Positions 39,667 through 51,430 of a stretch of DNA of 64,000 nt are shown piece by piece; the stretch's first letter is position 1; every line of letters begins with the position of its first letter. Under the pieces are notes generated by a model. The model was given only the letters and a program-made list of their open reading frames with translations. It made no database searches and was not told the origin of the DNA. Made by a program: the position numbers and the translations under genes. This DNA is from Anthoceros angustus (taxonomy: Eukaryota; Plantae; Anthocerotophyta), in contig MU008184.1 in NCBI GenBank assembly GCA_010909165.1, forward strand, positions 744,001-808,000, in the 5' to 3' direction.

Positions 39667-42600
39667 GTAGGTTGGAAGGAACCTCCTTTAGGATACCTAG
39701 CTGTTTTTGATGATCCTATTCCCCTTGTATCACTTTACTCACAAGTTGTATACAAGGCAACCATAGATCCAGAAGAACCCCTTACCTTAAAACAAGCTTT
39801 CTCTTCTCCCGAAAAAGACTTATGGAAGGTAGCTGTAGATTCTGAATATAATTCTCTCATTAGTAACTCTACATGGGAATTGGTTAAGCCACCTAAGGGT
39901 AGGAAGATAGTCACCAGCAAATGGGTATTCAAAATTAAGAGAAAAGGAGATGGTTCCATTGAGAGATACAAAGCACGCCTAGTAGCGGAGGCTTTACCCA
40001 TCCCGGTCTAGATTACCTTGGGCCACATGCACAGAGTAAAGTTTGCTTCCCTTAGAATAATCTTGCCTTAGCCCATCATGATCTTGAGCTCCATATGATG
40101 GATGTGAAGACAACATATCTCTATGGCGTCTTCAAGAGAAATCTACATGAGACAACCCGAGGTTATGAAGTTAAAGGCAAGAAGATTGGGTATGCCAACT
40201 CATCAAAGGCTTATATGGCCTTAAGCGGTAAAAAAATTGGAACTTAACATATGAAACTCATCAAAGGCTTATATGGCCTAGCGTCGAGTAAAATTGGAAC
40301 TTAACAATTTATGTTAAGCTTGTTGGAAAAGGATTCAAGCAAAGTCGGTGATGCTTGCCTCTATATCCTAATATCGTGAATGATATTTGCCTTAGCCGCA
40401 CAACATGATCTTGAGCTCCATATGATGGATGTGAAGACAACATATTTATATGGCGTGCAAGAGGAAATATACATGAGACAACCTGAGGGTTATGAAGTTA
40501 AAGGCAAAGAAGATTGGGTATGCCAACTCATCAAAGGCTTATATGGCCTAGCAGTCAGGCAAAAATTGGAACTTAACAATTTATGTTAAGCTTGTTGGAA
40601 AAGGATTCAAGCAAAGCGCTGATGCTTGCCTCTATATCCTTATATCCGGAATCAATATTCTATCTTCTACTTTATGTAGATGATGTCTTTATGGCAACAA
40701 ACTCTCCTCTCCTAATAAACAAAAGCATGGCTTAAGACACTTTTGAGATGTCGATTTAGAAATGACATATGCACTTGGAGTTAATATTATGCGAGATAGG
40801 AGCAACAAGACCCTAAGCGTCGTTCAAACCAAGTACATTAAGGAGAGTTTAGTTAAATTTGGACTTGAGGATGCTAACGCACACACCTTTGCTAGTGGAG
40901 TGAGGCTTACCATGGATATGAGTCCCAAAACAAGAGAAGCAAGAGATGCTAGCTGTCCCATATCGACATGCTTGTTGGAAAAGGATTCAAGCAAAAGTTG
41001 ATGCTTGCCTCTATATCCTTATATCGCAATCAATATTCTATCTTCTACTTTATGTAGATGATGTCTTTATGGCAACAAACTCTCCTCCTAGAATAAACAA
41101 AAGCATGGCTTAAGACACTTTTGAGATGTCCGATTTAGAGAAATGTCATATGCACTTGGAGTTAATATTACGAGATAGGAGCAACAAGACCCTAAGCGTA
41201 TTGTTCAAACCAAGTACATCAAGAAGAGTTTAGTTAAATTTGGCTTGAGGATGCGCACCTACACCATTTGCTAGTGGAGTGAGGCTTACCTCATATGAGT
41301 CCCAAAGACAAGAGAAGCAAGAGATGCTAGCTGTCCCATATCGACATGCGCTGGCATTCTTATATATTTATCCAACTTCAAGACCGGATATATCTTTTGA
41401 AGTTAGCTCACCGCTCACAATTCTGGAAAATCCAAGACGTGAGCATTGGATGTCAAAAGCATATTCGTATCTTAAAGGTACTATGCACACAGGGGTTGAT
41501 TCAAGCAAAGCGGTGATGCTTGCCTCTATATCCTTATATCCGCAATCAATATTCTATCTTCTACTTTATGTAGATGATGTCTTTATGGCAACAAACTCTC
41601 CATCCTCCTAGTCAAAAGATCAAAAGCATGGCTTAAGACACTTTTGAGATGTCCGATTTAGAGAAATGCCATATGCACTTGGAGTTAATATTATGCGAGA
41701 TAGGAGCAATAAGGGTCGTTCAAACCAAGTACATCAAGAAGAGTTTAGTTAAATTTGGCTTGAGGATGCTAAGCTGCACCTACACCATTTGCTAGTGGAG
41801 TGAGGCTTACCTCATATGAGTCCCAAAGACAAGAGAAGCAAGAGATGCTAGCTGTCCCATATCGACTGGCATACACTTATATATTTATCCAACTTCAAGA
41901 CCGGATATATCTTTTGAAGTTAGCTCACCGCTCACAATTCTGGAAAATCCAAGACGTGAGCATTGGATGTCAAAAGCATATTCGTATCTTAAAGGTACTA
42001 TGCACACAGGGGTTGATTCAAGCAAAGCGGTGATGCTTGCCTCTATATCCTTATATCCGCAATCAATATTCTATCTTCTACTTTATGTAGATGATGTCTT
42101 TATGGCAACAAACTCTCCATCCTCCTAGTCAAAAGATCAAAAGCATGGCTTAAGACACTTTTGAGATGTCCGATTTAGAGAAATGCCATATGCACTTGGA
42201 GTTAATATTGTACGAGATAGGAGCAATAAGACCCTAAGGGTCGTTCAATCCAAGTACATCAAGAAGAGTTTAGTTAAATTTGGGCTTGAGGATGCTAAGC
42301 CTGCACCTACACCATTTGCTAGTGGAGTGAGGCTTACCTCATATATGAGTCCCAAAACAGCTGAAGAGAAGCAAGAGATGCTAGCTGTCCCATATCGACA
42401 TGCAGCTGGCATTCTTATATATTTAAGCAATTTTACAAGACCAGATATTGCTTTGAAGTTAGCTCCTGCTCACAATTTCTGGAAAATCCAAGACGTGAGC
42501 ATTGGATGTCAGTGAAGCGCATATTCAGGTATCTTAAAGGTACTATGCACACAGGACTGATGTTCAAGCATTCACCCGGCATAGAAAAGTTAACCTTAAC

Positions 42601-43138
42601 AGCTTATGCTAATGCCGACTATGCTGGCGACCCCGATACACGCAGATCCGTATCCGGTTACGTCTTGCTATTGGGAGGAGCACCAATATCCTGGTCAAGT
42701 AAGAAACAACCAACCATAGCCTTGTCAAGCACTGAGTCAGAGTATAGAGTACTAACCTCAGTAGCAAAAGACATAGTATGGACTAGGCTAGTTTTGAGTG
42801 AACTTCATCACAAGCAAGATAAGCCTACCTTATTGTTGAATGATAGTCAGGGAGCTATAGCCTTGTCAAGGAACCTTGTCTTCCACTCTAGAACAAAACA
42901 TATTGTCGAATATCATTACATTAGAGAAAAATTAGAGGATAAAACTATAGATATTAGTTATGTTCAAACTTTAGATAATGCAGCTGATTTATTGACCAAG
43001 TCATTAGGAATTGAACTCCATAAAAAACACATGAAATGTTTAGGTATTTTGGACACACAGCCCAAACCTACTCGCCTAGAGTTCAACCTATCAGCCTATT
43101 CTAAGTTTTCTGAAACATCTTCCTCAATCTCCATGTAA
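39667..43138 (+). pseudogene. pol: Copia reverse transcriptase (segments repeated 2-4 times) and intact RNase H
   Basis: EEPLTLKQA; TWELVKPPKGRKIVTSKWVFKIK; ERYKARLVA; MDVKTTYLYG; LLLYVDDVF; TRPDIA; YANADYAGDPDTRRSVSGY; WSSKKQPTIALSSTESEY; HSRTKHI. Confidence 0.92.
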
Positions 43139-44839
43139 TCCAAGTCTTCCACTCCATAGAGTCTCGAATCACATTCTGGAAAATAATATTAAAATATTAA
43201 ATAATATTTTTAATTAAACTTTTACCCATTTTTAGCCCCAGAAAACTCACTGTAGACATGAATCATATGGCCGGGAAACTCCTCATAGTCGGTATAGGTT
43301 ACCCTCAACATGAAGATTCCTGTCTCCGGGCATATGTAACCCCAAGGTGGTAAGTCTGCCCCAAATTCCCCTTTCTTATCAGTGATTATGTAGATTAGTT
43401 TATCATAATCTCCAAGGGGAAATTCTCTTCCGGGTTTCCAAAACCCTATATTCCCAATCCTATGCTTTTCGTTGGGGCCAGAAAATAATCAAAAAAAAAA
43501 AAAAAGGGGCAAGCTTTAGCAAGAGGAAAATATGTTAGAGCACTTTTTAGTTTTACCAAAACTACTGCCTACCTTTTTCATTTTCCTCCTTTTCCATTTC
43601 CTTCTCCATTTCTTTTTCCTTTTTCCATATTTATCTATTAATAAATCTGCAAAATCAACTTTACTCAATTTAAAGGACCCTTTTTTCTTGGTCACTTAAA
43701 ATCTGCTCATAAACCGGTTTTCAAGAGGGTGCCTCTCCTCACAGGCATCCCCTCAAGTGCCTCCTTGGCGGGGGGTACCATGCTACATGCTACAACCAAC
43801 AGCCTACTACCTGCTACACACACCTGCTATCTTACTTGAGACCTCAGCCTCGCCTTCATCAGCAGCAGGCGCAAAGTTTTTCCATGAAGACGTTGAATCA
43901 GATAGCAGAACAAGCTCCGGCGATTTCTTCTCCACATAAGCTTTCTGGAATCTCCCTCGACGATCTCTCATCTGCACACAACCGTGGTAGTGTGGAACAT
44001 AAAAGTTTGGGCACTCCTACTTTTCGGATCAAAAGGGATCAAACTAGAGCAAACTGGAGCAGAGCTAAAGCAAAGCGGGAGAATTGAAGTGAAGTGGAAG
44101 AGAATTGTCAAGATCTTGAGGCGCTTTGTTGGAGAATGAGGAGTAGAGGGTGAAGGCAATTACGCCAAGGAAGTAGTTGAGGTTGCGCTGGCTATTGATA
44201 GGCTTGTAGAGGCAAAGGCCCGATTATTGGGGACCACCACCAAGTTTGAGGGAAGGCAAAGTAATTTGCCACATGTGGGGAAGAAGTGAGACATAAGATG
44301 GGTCAAGTGCCCGTAATGGTGGAATTGTGCAAAACTGCTGGGTGGCTCTAGGTTGGGAGCTCAGCATGCGAGAAAGGAGCAGCAATCGGTGCAAGGATGG
44401 GAGCGAGGAGCTCATGTTGAGGGTGAGCAGCCACAAGGGTTGCAAGAGGGGGCCATGGCGGTGCCGAGGCACGTGGAAGTAACACGATAATTTTTGAAGG
44501 GGGGGAATATACTAACCCCCTTCGGTCGACACAGCACCCCCTTGTCACGAAGAACACCTTACCTAAAACAGCATATTAGCCCTACTTTGATAATGCACAC
44601 ACCCTTTCTGAGGTCATACCAGTGATAAATGCCGCACTTTCAAGTGAACACCCTAGAAATGGAGCACAGTAGGGTGGCTACCTTTTTGTAGAATGTTTAG
44701 AGGGCTGCCATTTTCATATGTTTAGTACAACCGAAAACTTTTACTTTGAAGTGGTGGAACACAATAAAAACAATCACAGCTAGAGTCCCATTTTAATCGT
44801 CGTAACAACATTGCAACAAACATCCGCTAAAGGAGGAGT

Positions 44840-46119
44840 GGTCATCGGCATCGACAATACTCATTGAAGAGTGCGGCACAGGGACTCATCCATGCCTTGC
44901 ACCGACATCGAGTCAAGAACCACCGCCATATTAGGAGGCGGTCCATATCTTCCGCCTCAAAGTTATCGTTCTCCTCCATTGCTTGCTCGTCTTCAATAGT
45001 ATCATTCACAGGCCCGTCGGCGGTGTGCCACCACATCTAGGGTTTCTTGACCCTCATCCAAAAGGTCGCCCGGTCTTCAACCTTCTGGCACTCAATGCAA
45101 CCACTTGGGCTGTAAGGCAATCCTTCTCACTTATGCAAACCTCCTTTGCCCAGAACTGGGATGGACCCCTGCGATGCGGCTCGAACGTTAGCTCTTCCTC
45201 TGCGTCTGGTAGGACTTGTACACCATGTGTGCGTTGTTCAATGTACCCCGCGCACCTCAAATCGGCTTCAATCGCAATGCAGTTCCGGCCACATAACAGT
45301 GCTGCCAATGTTGTCGTGCCGCTCCCTGCACAAGCATCCACAACCCAATCTCCTTCCCTGGAGAATGTTTTGACAAGTTTTGTCATAAGGCCTAGCGGGC
45401 GTTGGTAAGGGCATACCACCAGCTTGTCGTGCGATAGGTGGACCAGCTTCTTGACGACACTGGGGTGCCCAATAACTGTCCTTCCATTGTTGAAAGTCCC
45501 ATGCATGGTGTTAGGCATCATAGGAACCCAGTCTCTCGCACAAGCTGCTTTAAGACACCATCCCACTGTCACGTACTCGACAGTCTCAAATCCGCCTCTA
45601 TCGTTATTCATGTTTGTCTTGTCCCGGATGAAGGACACCATGCCTCCCTTCCCACACAATTTCATAGACTTGTGTGTGGGCTTCTTCAACTCCATGCAAG
45701 ACGATAAGCCCGAACTCCTCGTGGTCTTCTTCAAAACTCAAAACGCTCCCCAACATGGCCAAATCCATGCGCTTGTCCATAGGACCGATGTCAAAGCCAC
45801 GGGACGCCCATGACAAGCAAAGTGTATCTCCTTCGCATAACCAATCACGCATGTCAAGAACATTACGCCCTTCGATCCGCATCGACCGCTCGATGGAACG
45901 TTGAAAACGTGGAGTCCCTCTTGCAAGTCCTTGTCTCAGCTAAAGCCCGCTCATTCTCCAAGCCCTTCCAATTATTGATCTCAAATATGAAATGGCGAAA
46001 CTCCTCGGGAAGTTTCGACAAGACCTCCACATCCTTCAATTGCGCATGCAATCCAATGGTCAGCAAGAATATCCTATACTTTTCCACGAAGGAACAAATA
46101 TTGCAACAACGCTGGCGTC
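44840..46119 (-). pseudogene. Beta-class amino-DNA methyltransferase domain (homologue B, 3' half), frameshifted
   Basis: YTLLVM(G)VP[R]GFD motif IV-like (45795-45826, needs one frameshift); VYEIVWE...ETVEYVTVGW; motif X CPYQRPLGLMTKLVKTFSREGD; motif I WVVDACAGSGTTTLAALLCGRNCIAIE (ORF 45054-45734). Confidence 0.9.
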
Positions 46120-47720
46120 TGCCATCCTCCGCCTCGGCCCCAAATGCGGTGGCCGGAAGAAGGGCGCCGCCCGGCGCCCTCCCTCCTGCGTGCCACTGCC
46201 AGGCAGGTCAGAGATGCTGGAGGCGCGCGCCGCCAGCCGGCGCCCGCCCACGTACTACCGTATGTGGCCATCGGTGGTGCCCGTGGAGGGCGCCGCCGGC
46301 CGCCCGCCCTCCTCCACGACGACGAGGAGGCCCTAGGGGTGGCGCGTGGAGGGCGCCGGCCGGCGCCACCCTAGGGGTGGCGCGTGGAGGGCGCCGGCCG
46401 GCCGGCGCCACCCTAGGGGTGGCGCGTGGAGGGCGCCGGCCGGCGCCCTCCCCATTACAAGATCCGTCGGTATCCGACGGTGGTGCGCAGAGGGCGCCGG
46501 CCGCCGGCCGCCGCCTCCTCGTGGTGGTGCGCTGGCGAGGCGCCGCCGGCCGGGCGCCCGCCCTCCGCGCCACCGCCGGGCCTCCTCGTGGTGGTGCGCT
46601 GGCGAGGCGCCGGCCGGCCGGCACCCGCCCGCGCGCCACCCGGAGTTCGGCGTTGGGCGGATTGAAAGCGGTAGCCGGCGCCCGCTTCGCATAACACCCA
46701 TTCGGTGGGGTGGCGCTTGGAGGGCGCCGGCCGCGCCCGCACATTAACGCTGGCCCCGATGGTGGTGCGCGCGGAGGATGGCGCCCCTCACGGACCACCC
46801 GTCGGGGTTTACGGCGGATGGGAGAATCCCAGGTAACTAGGTAGAAAGGTAAGTAGGTAGATAGGTAGGATGAGAGTGTCTCACTGTGAGGGAGTGGTGA
46901 GTCTCCTCCCGTGAGTGGAGAGGTCTCCCTCGTGGGCGGAGTGGGGTGCGACACCTACATGGGTACCTTGGGCAGCAAACTTTCCACATAAGGCAGGTTT
47001 CAACCTAGGAAGTTGTTAAAAAGGACTGTATATGCAAGGTTGTGGATAAATAGGGTATATTAGGAATAATAGAACATAAATATGTAAGGTAGGTAGTGTA
47101 GGGTGCTTATACCAAGTAGGGCTGCTAAATAGAGGACGGTGGAAATGGTGCCACATGGCAAGGAATCAACGGCCTATATCAAGGAGTTTCACTGTCACTA
47201 CCAAAGGGCCATGCAAGCTTGGTGTGTAGGGAGTGGTACCTAGGAAGCCTGCGAGGAATCGCGAGGAAGAGCTTGTGCATGCAAGGGAAAGCTAGGGAAA
47301 GGACTTGGTGAGAACGCGGTGCCCATGTGTGTGTAAGGAGAAGGAGGTGTGCGTACATAAGGAGTTGTGTGTGAAGGGATTTGAAGCACAACTGTGAAGA
47401 GAGCAGCAGCGCTGAATTTTTGTGCCTAGGACCTTGCAAGTGAGGGATTTGGGCGCATAAGAGGCTGTATCTTTGTGAGGACATCAAGTTTGAGCTAGGT
47501 GGGAATTTGTGGAGAGAAGAGGAAGTAAGTGGAAAGGGTGAAGTTGCTCTCTTGGTGGATTTTGTGTGGCGAGTAAAGAAAGCTTGCAATTGTGTGTAGG
47601 CGGGGTGACAACTAAGTACAAAGCGAGCACGTGGGCGTGCCCAAGCTTGTCTTGTTTGTGCAAGATGGTGAAAGCGCCTGCACCTAAGAAGGGCAAGCTG
47701 GTTGCTGGGTGGAAACCACA
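46120..47720. mobile_element. ~1.6-kb TG...CA insertion splitting the methyltransferase gene (GC-rich repeats plus family X LTR fragments)
   Basis: Removing it joins EEYFIAA(Y) to ASVVAIFVPSW, which aligns with EREYPRHSTTDDIAKFQPVF of homologue A. The flanks CGTC/CGTA form an imperfect TSD. The segment 46800-47660 matches the family X LTR. Confidence 0.6.
46140..46800. repeat. Very GC-rich degenerate tandem array rich in palindromes (GGCGCC, GCCGGC, CCCTAGGG)
   Basis: Units such as GAGGGCGCCGGCCGGCGCCACCCTAGGGGTGGCGCGTG repeat between 46330 and 46445, with variants on both sides. Confidence 0.8.
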
Positions 47721-49605
47721 CGTATGCGGCAATGAAGTACTCCTCCCGCACCTTCTCGAAGGACGCACAGCCTAAGTGCTTCGCCATCGCCACTTGGATA
47801 ATATGAAATTTTTTTCGTTGAGTGATATCGTCATCCATGCCCTTCAGATCTATAAGACCTGCCAAAACCTTCTCCGTAGCTGTAATAAGGATTTGCTGCC
47901 CACATTCTCCAGAAGGAATTCCTTGGAATGATTTCCAAGGCTTCGCTAACATGTCCTTTGGCTTTACATATCCGGCATCAAGCTTCTTGGGGTCCTCAGT
48001 CACTTTCCGCTTTCCTTTGCTTTTTTTGCTTGTTCCAGCTATAACATGCTTCTTCTGCTCTGGCAATTCCCCCGCTTCCCACTTTGTGAATATCTTGTCA
48101 ACATTTTCCCAGACTTTCCCCTCTAGCTTGGCTATGCATAAGATATGGGTCCTGTTGTTGACCTTGTTCTGCTTGTAGACATCGTCCTCACGTGCTTCGT
48201 CGTCCTCAATAAGACCAAGCACTTTGTATAGGCTAAGGTTAGCCTTCATTCCAAGGTTGCTTTATGTATAGCCTGTTGAATTATCGATAGAAATGCCACG
48301 TACAGGGGGTGCGTGGAAGGGAGGGATGACATATTTTTTTGCTCTGAACCTTTGCCAGTCTAACTTCTCCAACTCATCGCACTCGGCGGATCAATCATAC
48401 ATAGTAGTGAGCACTCCTTCTTCAATTACGCCCTTGGAGATAACACGAGCTGCTAATTTGCCCATGCTTCATCCACCTTGCATGTCGCGTCAGTGAGGTA
48501 GAGTGAAATTCCCGAGGTTCTCGATTTCTAATAGCCCATGACAACTTTCTTTGAGTATGCCGCTTCTCTGATGCGTGTCAATGGATCTTCATCGTGCATA
48601 GCTTCCGCTAGTCTTTCTCCATCTGTGGACACGTGAACTATTGGAATGGCCTCTAGCTCTTCATCTATCTGGACTTTTTTCGCTCTCCTTTTCGCGCCTT
48701 GTTGCATTTGGGCCTCGCCTCTCTCATCGCCCACCGCATTTTCCCTCTAGCTTGGCTATGCATAAGATATAGGTCCATTGTTGACCTTGTTCGCTTGTAG
48801 ACATCGTCCTCACGTGCTTCGTCGTCCTCAATAAGACCAAGCACTTTGTATAGGCTAAGGTTAGCCTTCATTCCAAGGTTGCTTTATGTATAGCTAGCCT
48901 GAATTATCGATAGAAATGCCACGTCAGGTGCGTGGAAGGAGGGATGACATATTTTTTTGCTCTGAACCTTTGCCAGTCTAACTTCTCCAACTCATCGCAC
49001 TCAGCAGGATCAATCATACATAGTAGTGGGAGCACTCCTTCTTCAATTCTGCCCTTGGAGATAACACGAGCCAAGTAATTTGCCCATGCTTCATCCACCT
49101 TGCATATCTGCGCGTTCGGGGTGAGGTAGGCTGCTGGCCTGAGGTTCTCCAGTTTTACAAGAACAGTTTCCATGACAACTTTCTTTGAGTACGCCGCTTC
49201 TCTGATGCGTGTCAATGGATCTTCATCGTGCATAGCTTCCGCTAGTCTTTCTCCATCTGTGGACACGTGAACTGTTGGAATGGCCTCTAGCTCTTCATCT
49301 ATCTGGACTTTTTTCTCTCTCCCTGTTTGCATTTGGGCTTCGCTCTGCGTCCCACTGCTCCCACCGGCATTTTCATCGCTTCCTGCTTTCCGCTTCCCCT
49401 TCAAGATGCGCACGCCTCCACCATCTTGAATGGAGGACCCGGAAGGCGCCAAAGCAGGCGCCTCTTCTTCCTCAGTGGGCTGCCGGCTTGCTTCCCGGGC
49501 CGCTTCTGCCTGCCCAGGAGGCGGCGCCGCGCGCATGCCCTTCCTCTCCTTGGAACTGGTGCAGTGTGAGGCGCCTGCATGCCCCCATGCCTGTTCTCTA
49601 CGCAC
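47721..49605 (-). pseudogene. ParB-like N-terminal domain plus helical region of homologue B (5' half; ~620-bp internal tandem duplication)
   Basis: VKLENLRP...QICKVDEAWANYLARVISKGRIEEGVLPLLCMID...KKYVI fits the ParB/Srx N-terminal pattern, although the G-x-H/R signature is missing. It continues with VDKIFTKWEAGEL and ATEKVLAGLIDLKGM, which match homologue A. Duplicated ORF starts occur at 48249 and 48871. Confidence 0.65.
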
Positions 49606-51004
49606 TGGAGGCGGATCCGAGGGCGCCGCCGGCCGCAGCCCCTCCGCCTATCGTCCCTGGGATCCTTCCGTGGCCTGTTGGCACTTCTTGAGGCCGGAGA
49701 GACTGAGGGAGGGCGCCGGCTGGCCGACGCTCCTCCCTCACGTCTGTGTCATACCTCATGTTCGGGACCCCCTCTGGCATGCTATAGTCCCCCTCATCTT
49801 CTTCCTGGTATGTCTCCTCATCATCTGAGTGTCCAAGACTATCAGGAATGGGCCCGTCGTCGTCGTCCGTAGGGCCTAGCTCGCTCCCATCTTGTAAGTC
49901 GCTTGCCCGTGAGTTAATTTTGTAAGTCAGTTCTTGATGTTAATGTGTTAAGTAGCCACGTTGTCCAGTGGCTTTTGTTGTGTCCTTCCTAAACCACATT
50001 TTTCTCCCAAATCGAAGTTATAATCGTCCCTTCCCGTGAGGCCCCCTCACTGTCCTACTTTGCATTATTCCCCTAGGTTCGAGTTTACGACCACCATTCC
50101 TCACAAACATTGCTGGATGGAAAGTAGTAACTTTACTGCGTGACACCCTTTTTTTCGGAGCCGTTTTTCGCAATGCCTTCAAAACGCTGTTTTAGGGCCC
50201 ATCAAAAGAAAACCCCCTTCGAGATTATTCACCCCCTTCAAAAACTATCGTGTTAAGTGATCTCAGTGGAGTCACGATGTGAGGATGGCATGATAGGGTC
50301 ATGTGTTGAACTAGGAAAGGTCGTGGTAGAGCACTCACAATGCAGTGAATTTGTAGCCGGGCTGCAAGATGGAGGTGGCCAAACCATAGGAAGGCGTTGC
50401 AGGTGGCCGCAACATGGTGAAGGGATCAACCAGGGATGTGCATCATGACAAATAGAATGGGGCTGCAAGTCAAAGTGAAGGGAGGCCGCAGGTGGCCGCG
50501 AGGAGAAATGGGCAAGGAGGGTTGATACGAGATGTTGTTGAGGCGTGAGGAGTTCACCAGGAGAATAATTCCAATTTATTCATGGCAAAGGCATGCACAA
50601 GCCAATAGGGTGTGTTGGACAATGAAGTGTAAGAACTCCAGAGTTAAGCGTCTACTAAGATGGGGTGCCTTTTGTGTGAGGTGTTTCAGCTTATTATATT
50701 TGCAGAAGTCACATGGGAACTAATTGGGAGAGTGTTTAGGTGGTGCACCCTACGAGAATGAAGAAGGACGTAGGACGTAGGGCACGGCACTTCCTACTAT
50801 AGGGAGGTGCACCCTACGTGGAACAAGTGTAGCAGCCGGGCCCCACGAATGACAAGGTGACCCTACATAGGTAGGTGGTCCCCATGTACCTGTGCAGAGT
50901 GGTGGAGATGTGGTATGGTGACTGTGGTGGCCCTACATGGGTAGGATGTAGGGTAGCGAGGCGGGAGACCAGCTTGAGCGGACCACCCGTCGGGGGTTTA
51001 CGGG

Positions 51005-51430
51005 TGGTGCGCGGATAGGGAGCTTGCAGACATCTCTCCAGGGAAAAAACGTTTCCAGTTTGCTGAAGCTCATGTGTATTGCGGCCTTACACTGCAGGAG
51101 ATGAGAGTCCTGGCAACTGACCACAATACAATGTCAGATAAACGGCGGAAGATGAGCTTCATAGAGCAGGTGCGATACCTTTGTATAGGTCTGAATGTTA
51201 GGATAAGAGGTATATATGCCCGAATTTAATTGCTTCCCTGCACAGGTGGAGGCTAGGCACTTGGTGGCATTCAGACGGTTTGCTGGAGAGCCCAACGTAC
51301 AATTGCAATGGGTGTATGGCCGCCATTGGGCCTATGTCAGCTTGGAGATGATAGAGGAATGCTTTATAAACTTCACTATGCCACGGCAGAGAACTTGAGG
51401 AACTGAAAATAGGATGCAAGGATCGATCCA
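51005..51430 (+). other. Foreign coding-like fragment embedded in family X LTR copy 2
   Basis: Absent from the other X LTRs. It reads QFAEAHVYCGLTLQEMRVLATDHNTMSDKRRKMSFIEQVR, then an intron-like GT...TGCACAG and a second open segment. Confidence 0.45.

Larger units (their letters stand above)
44481..50254 (-). mobile_element. TIR DNA transposon (non-autonomous) carrying a ParB-like/DNA methyltransferase gene
   Basis: Left end AACACGATAATTTTTGAAGGGGGGGAATA versus reverse complement of the right end AACACGATAGTTTTTGAAGGGGGTGAATA (27/29 identical). AAGT is duplicated at 44477-44480 and 50255-50258. The uninterrupted target (GGCACATGGAAGTGCTCTC) is visible in family X copy 1 as its reverse complement near 8230-8250. 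Confidence 0.88.

Noticed and set aside
45810-46954. Long GC-rich ORFs (for example 45810-46694 +, 46208-46954 -) as genes
   Set aside because: They are open only because the GC-rich repeat lacks stop codons; the translations are Arg/Ala/Gly/Pro low-complexity sequence.
44840-49605. DIRS/Ngaro retrotransposon-type methyltransferase
   Set aside because: No RT, RNase H or tyrosine recombinase motifs lie inside the element, and the motif order is beta-class with a ParB-like partner.
44481-50254. Bacterial or phage contamination as the source of the methyltransferase
   Set aside because: The gene is bounded by TIRs with a target duplication inside a plant LTR, is interrupted by plant LTR fragments, and has a diverged homologue elsewhere in the window.
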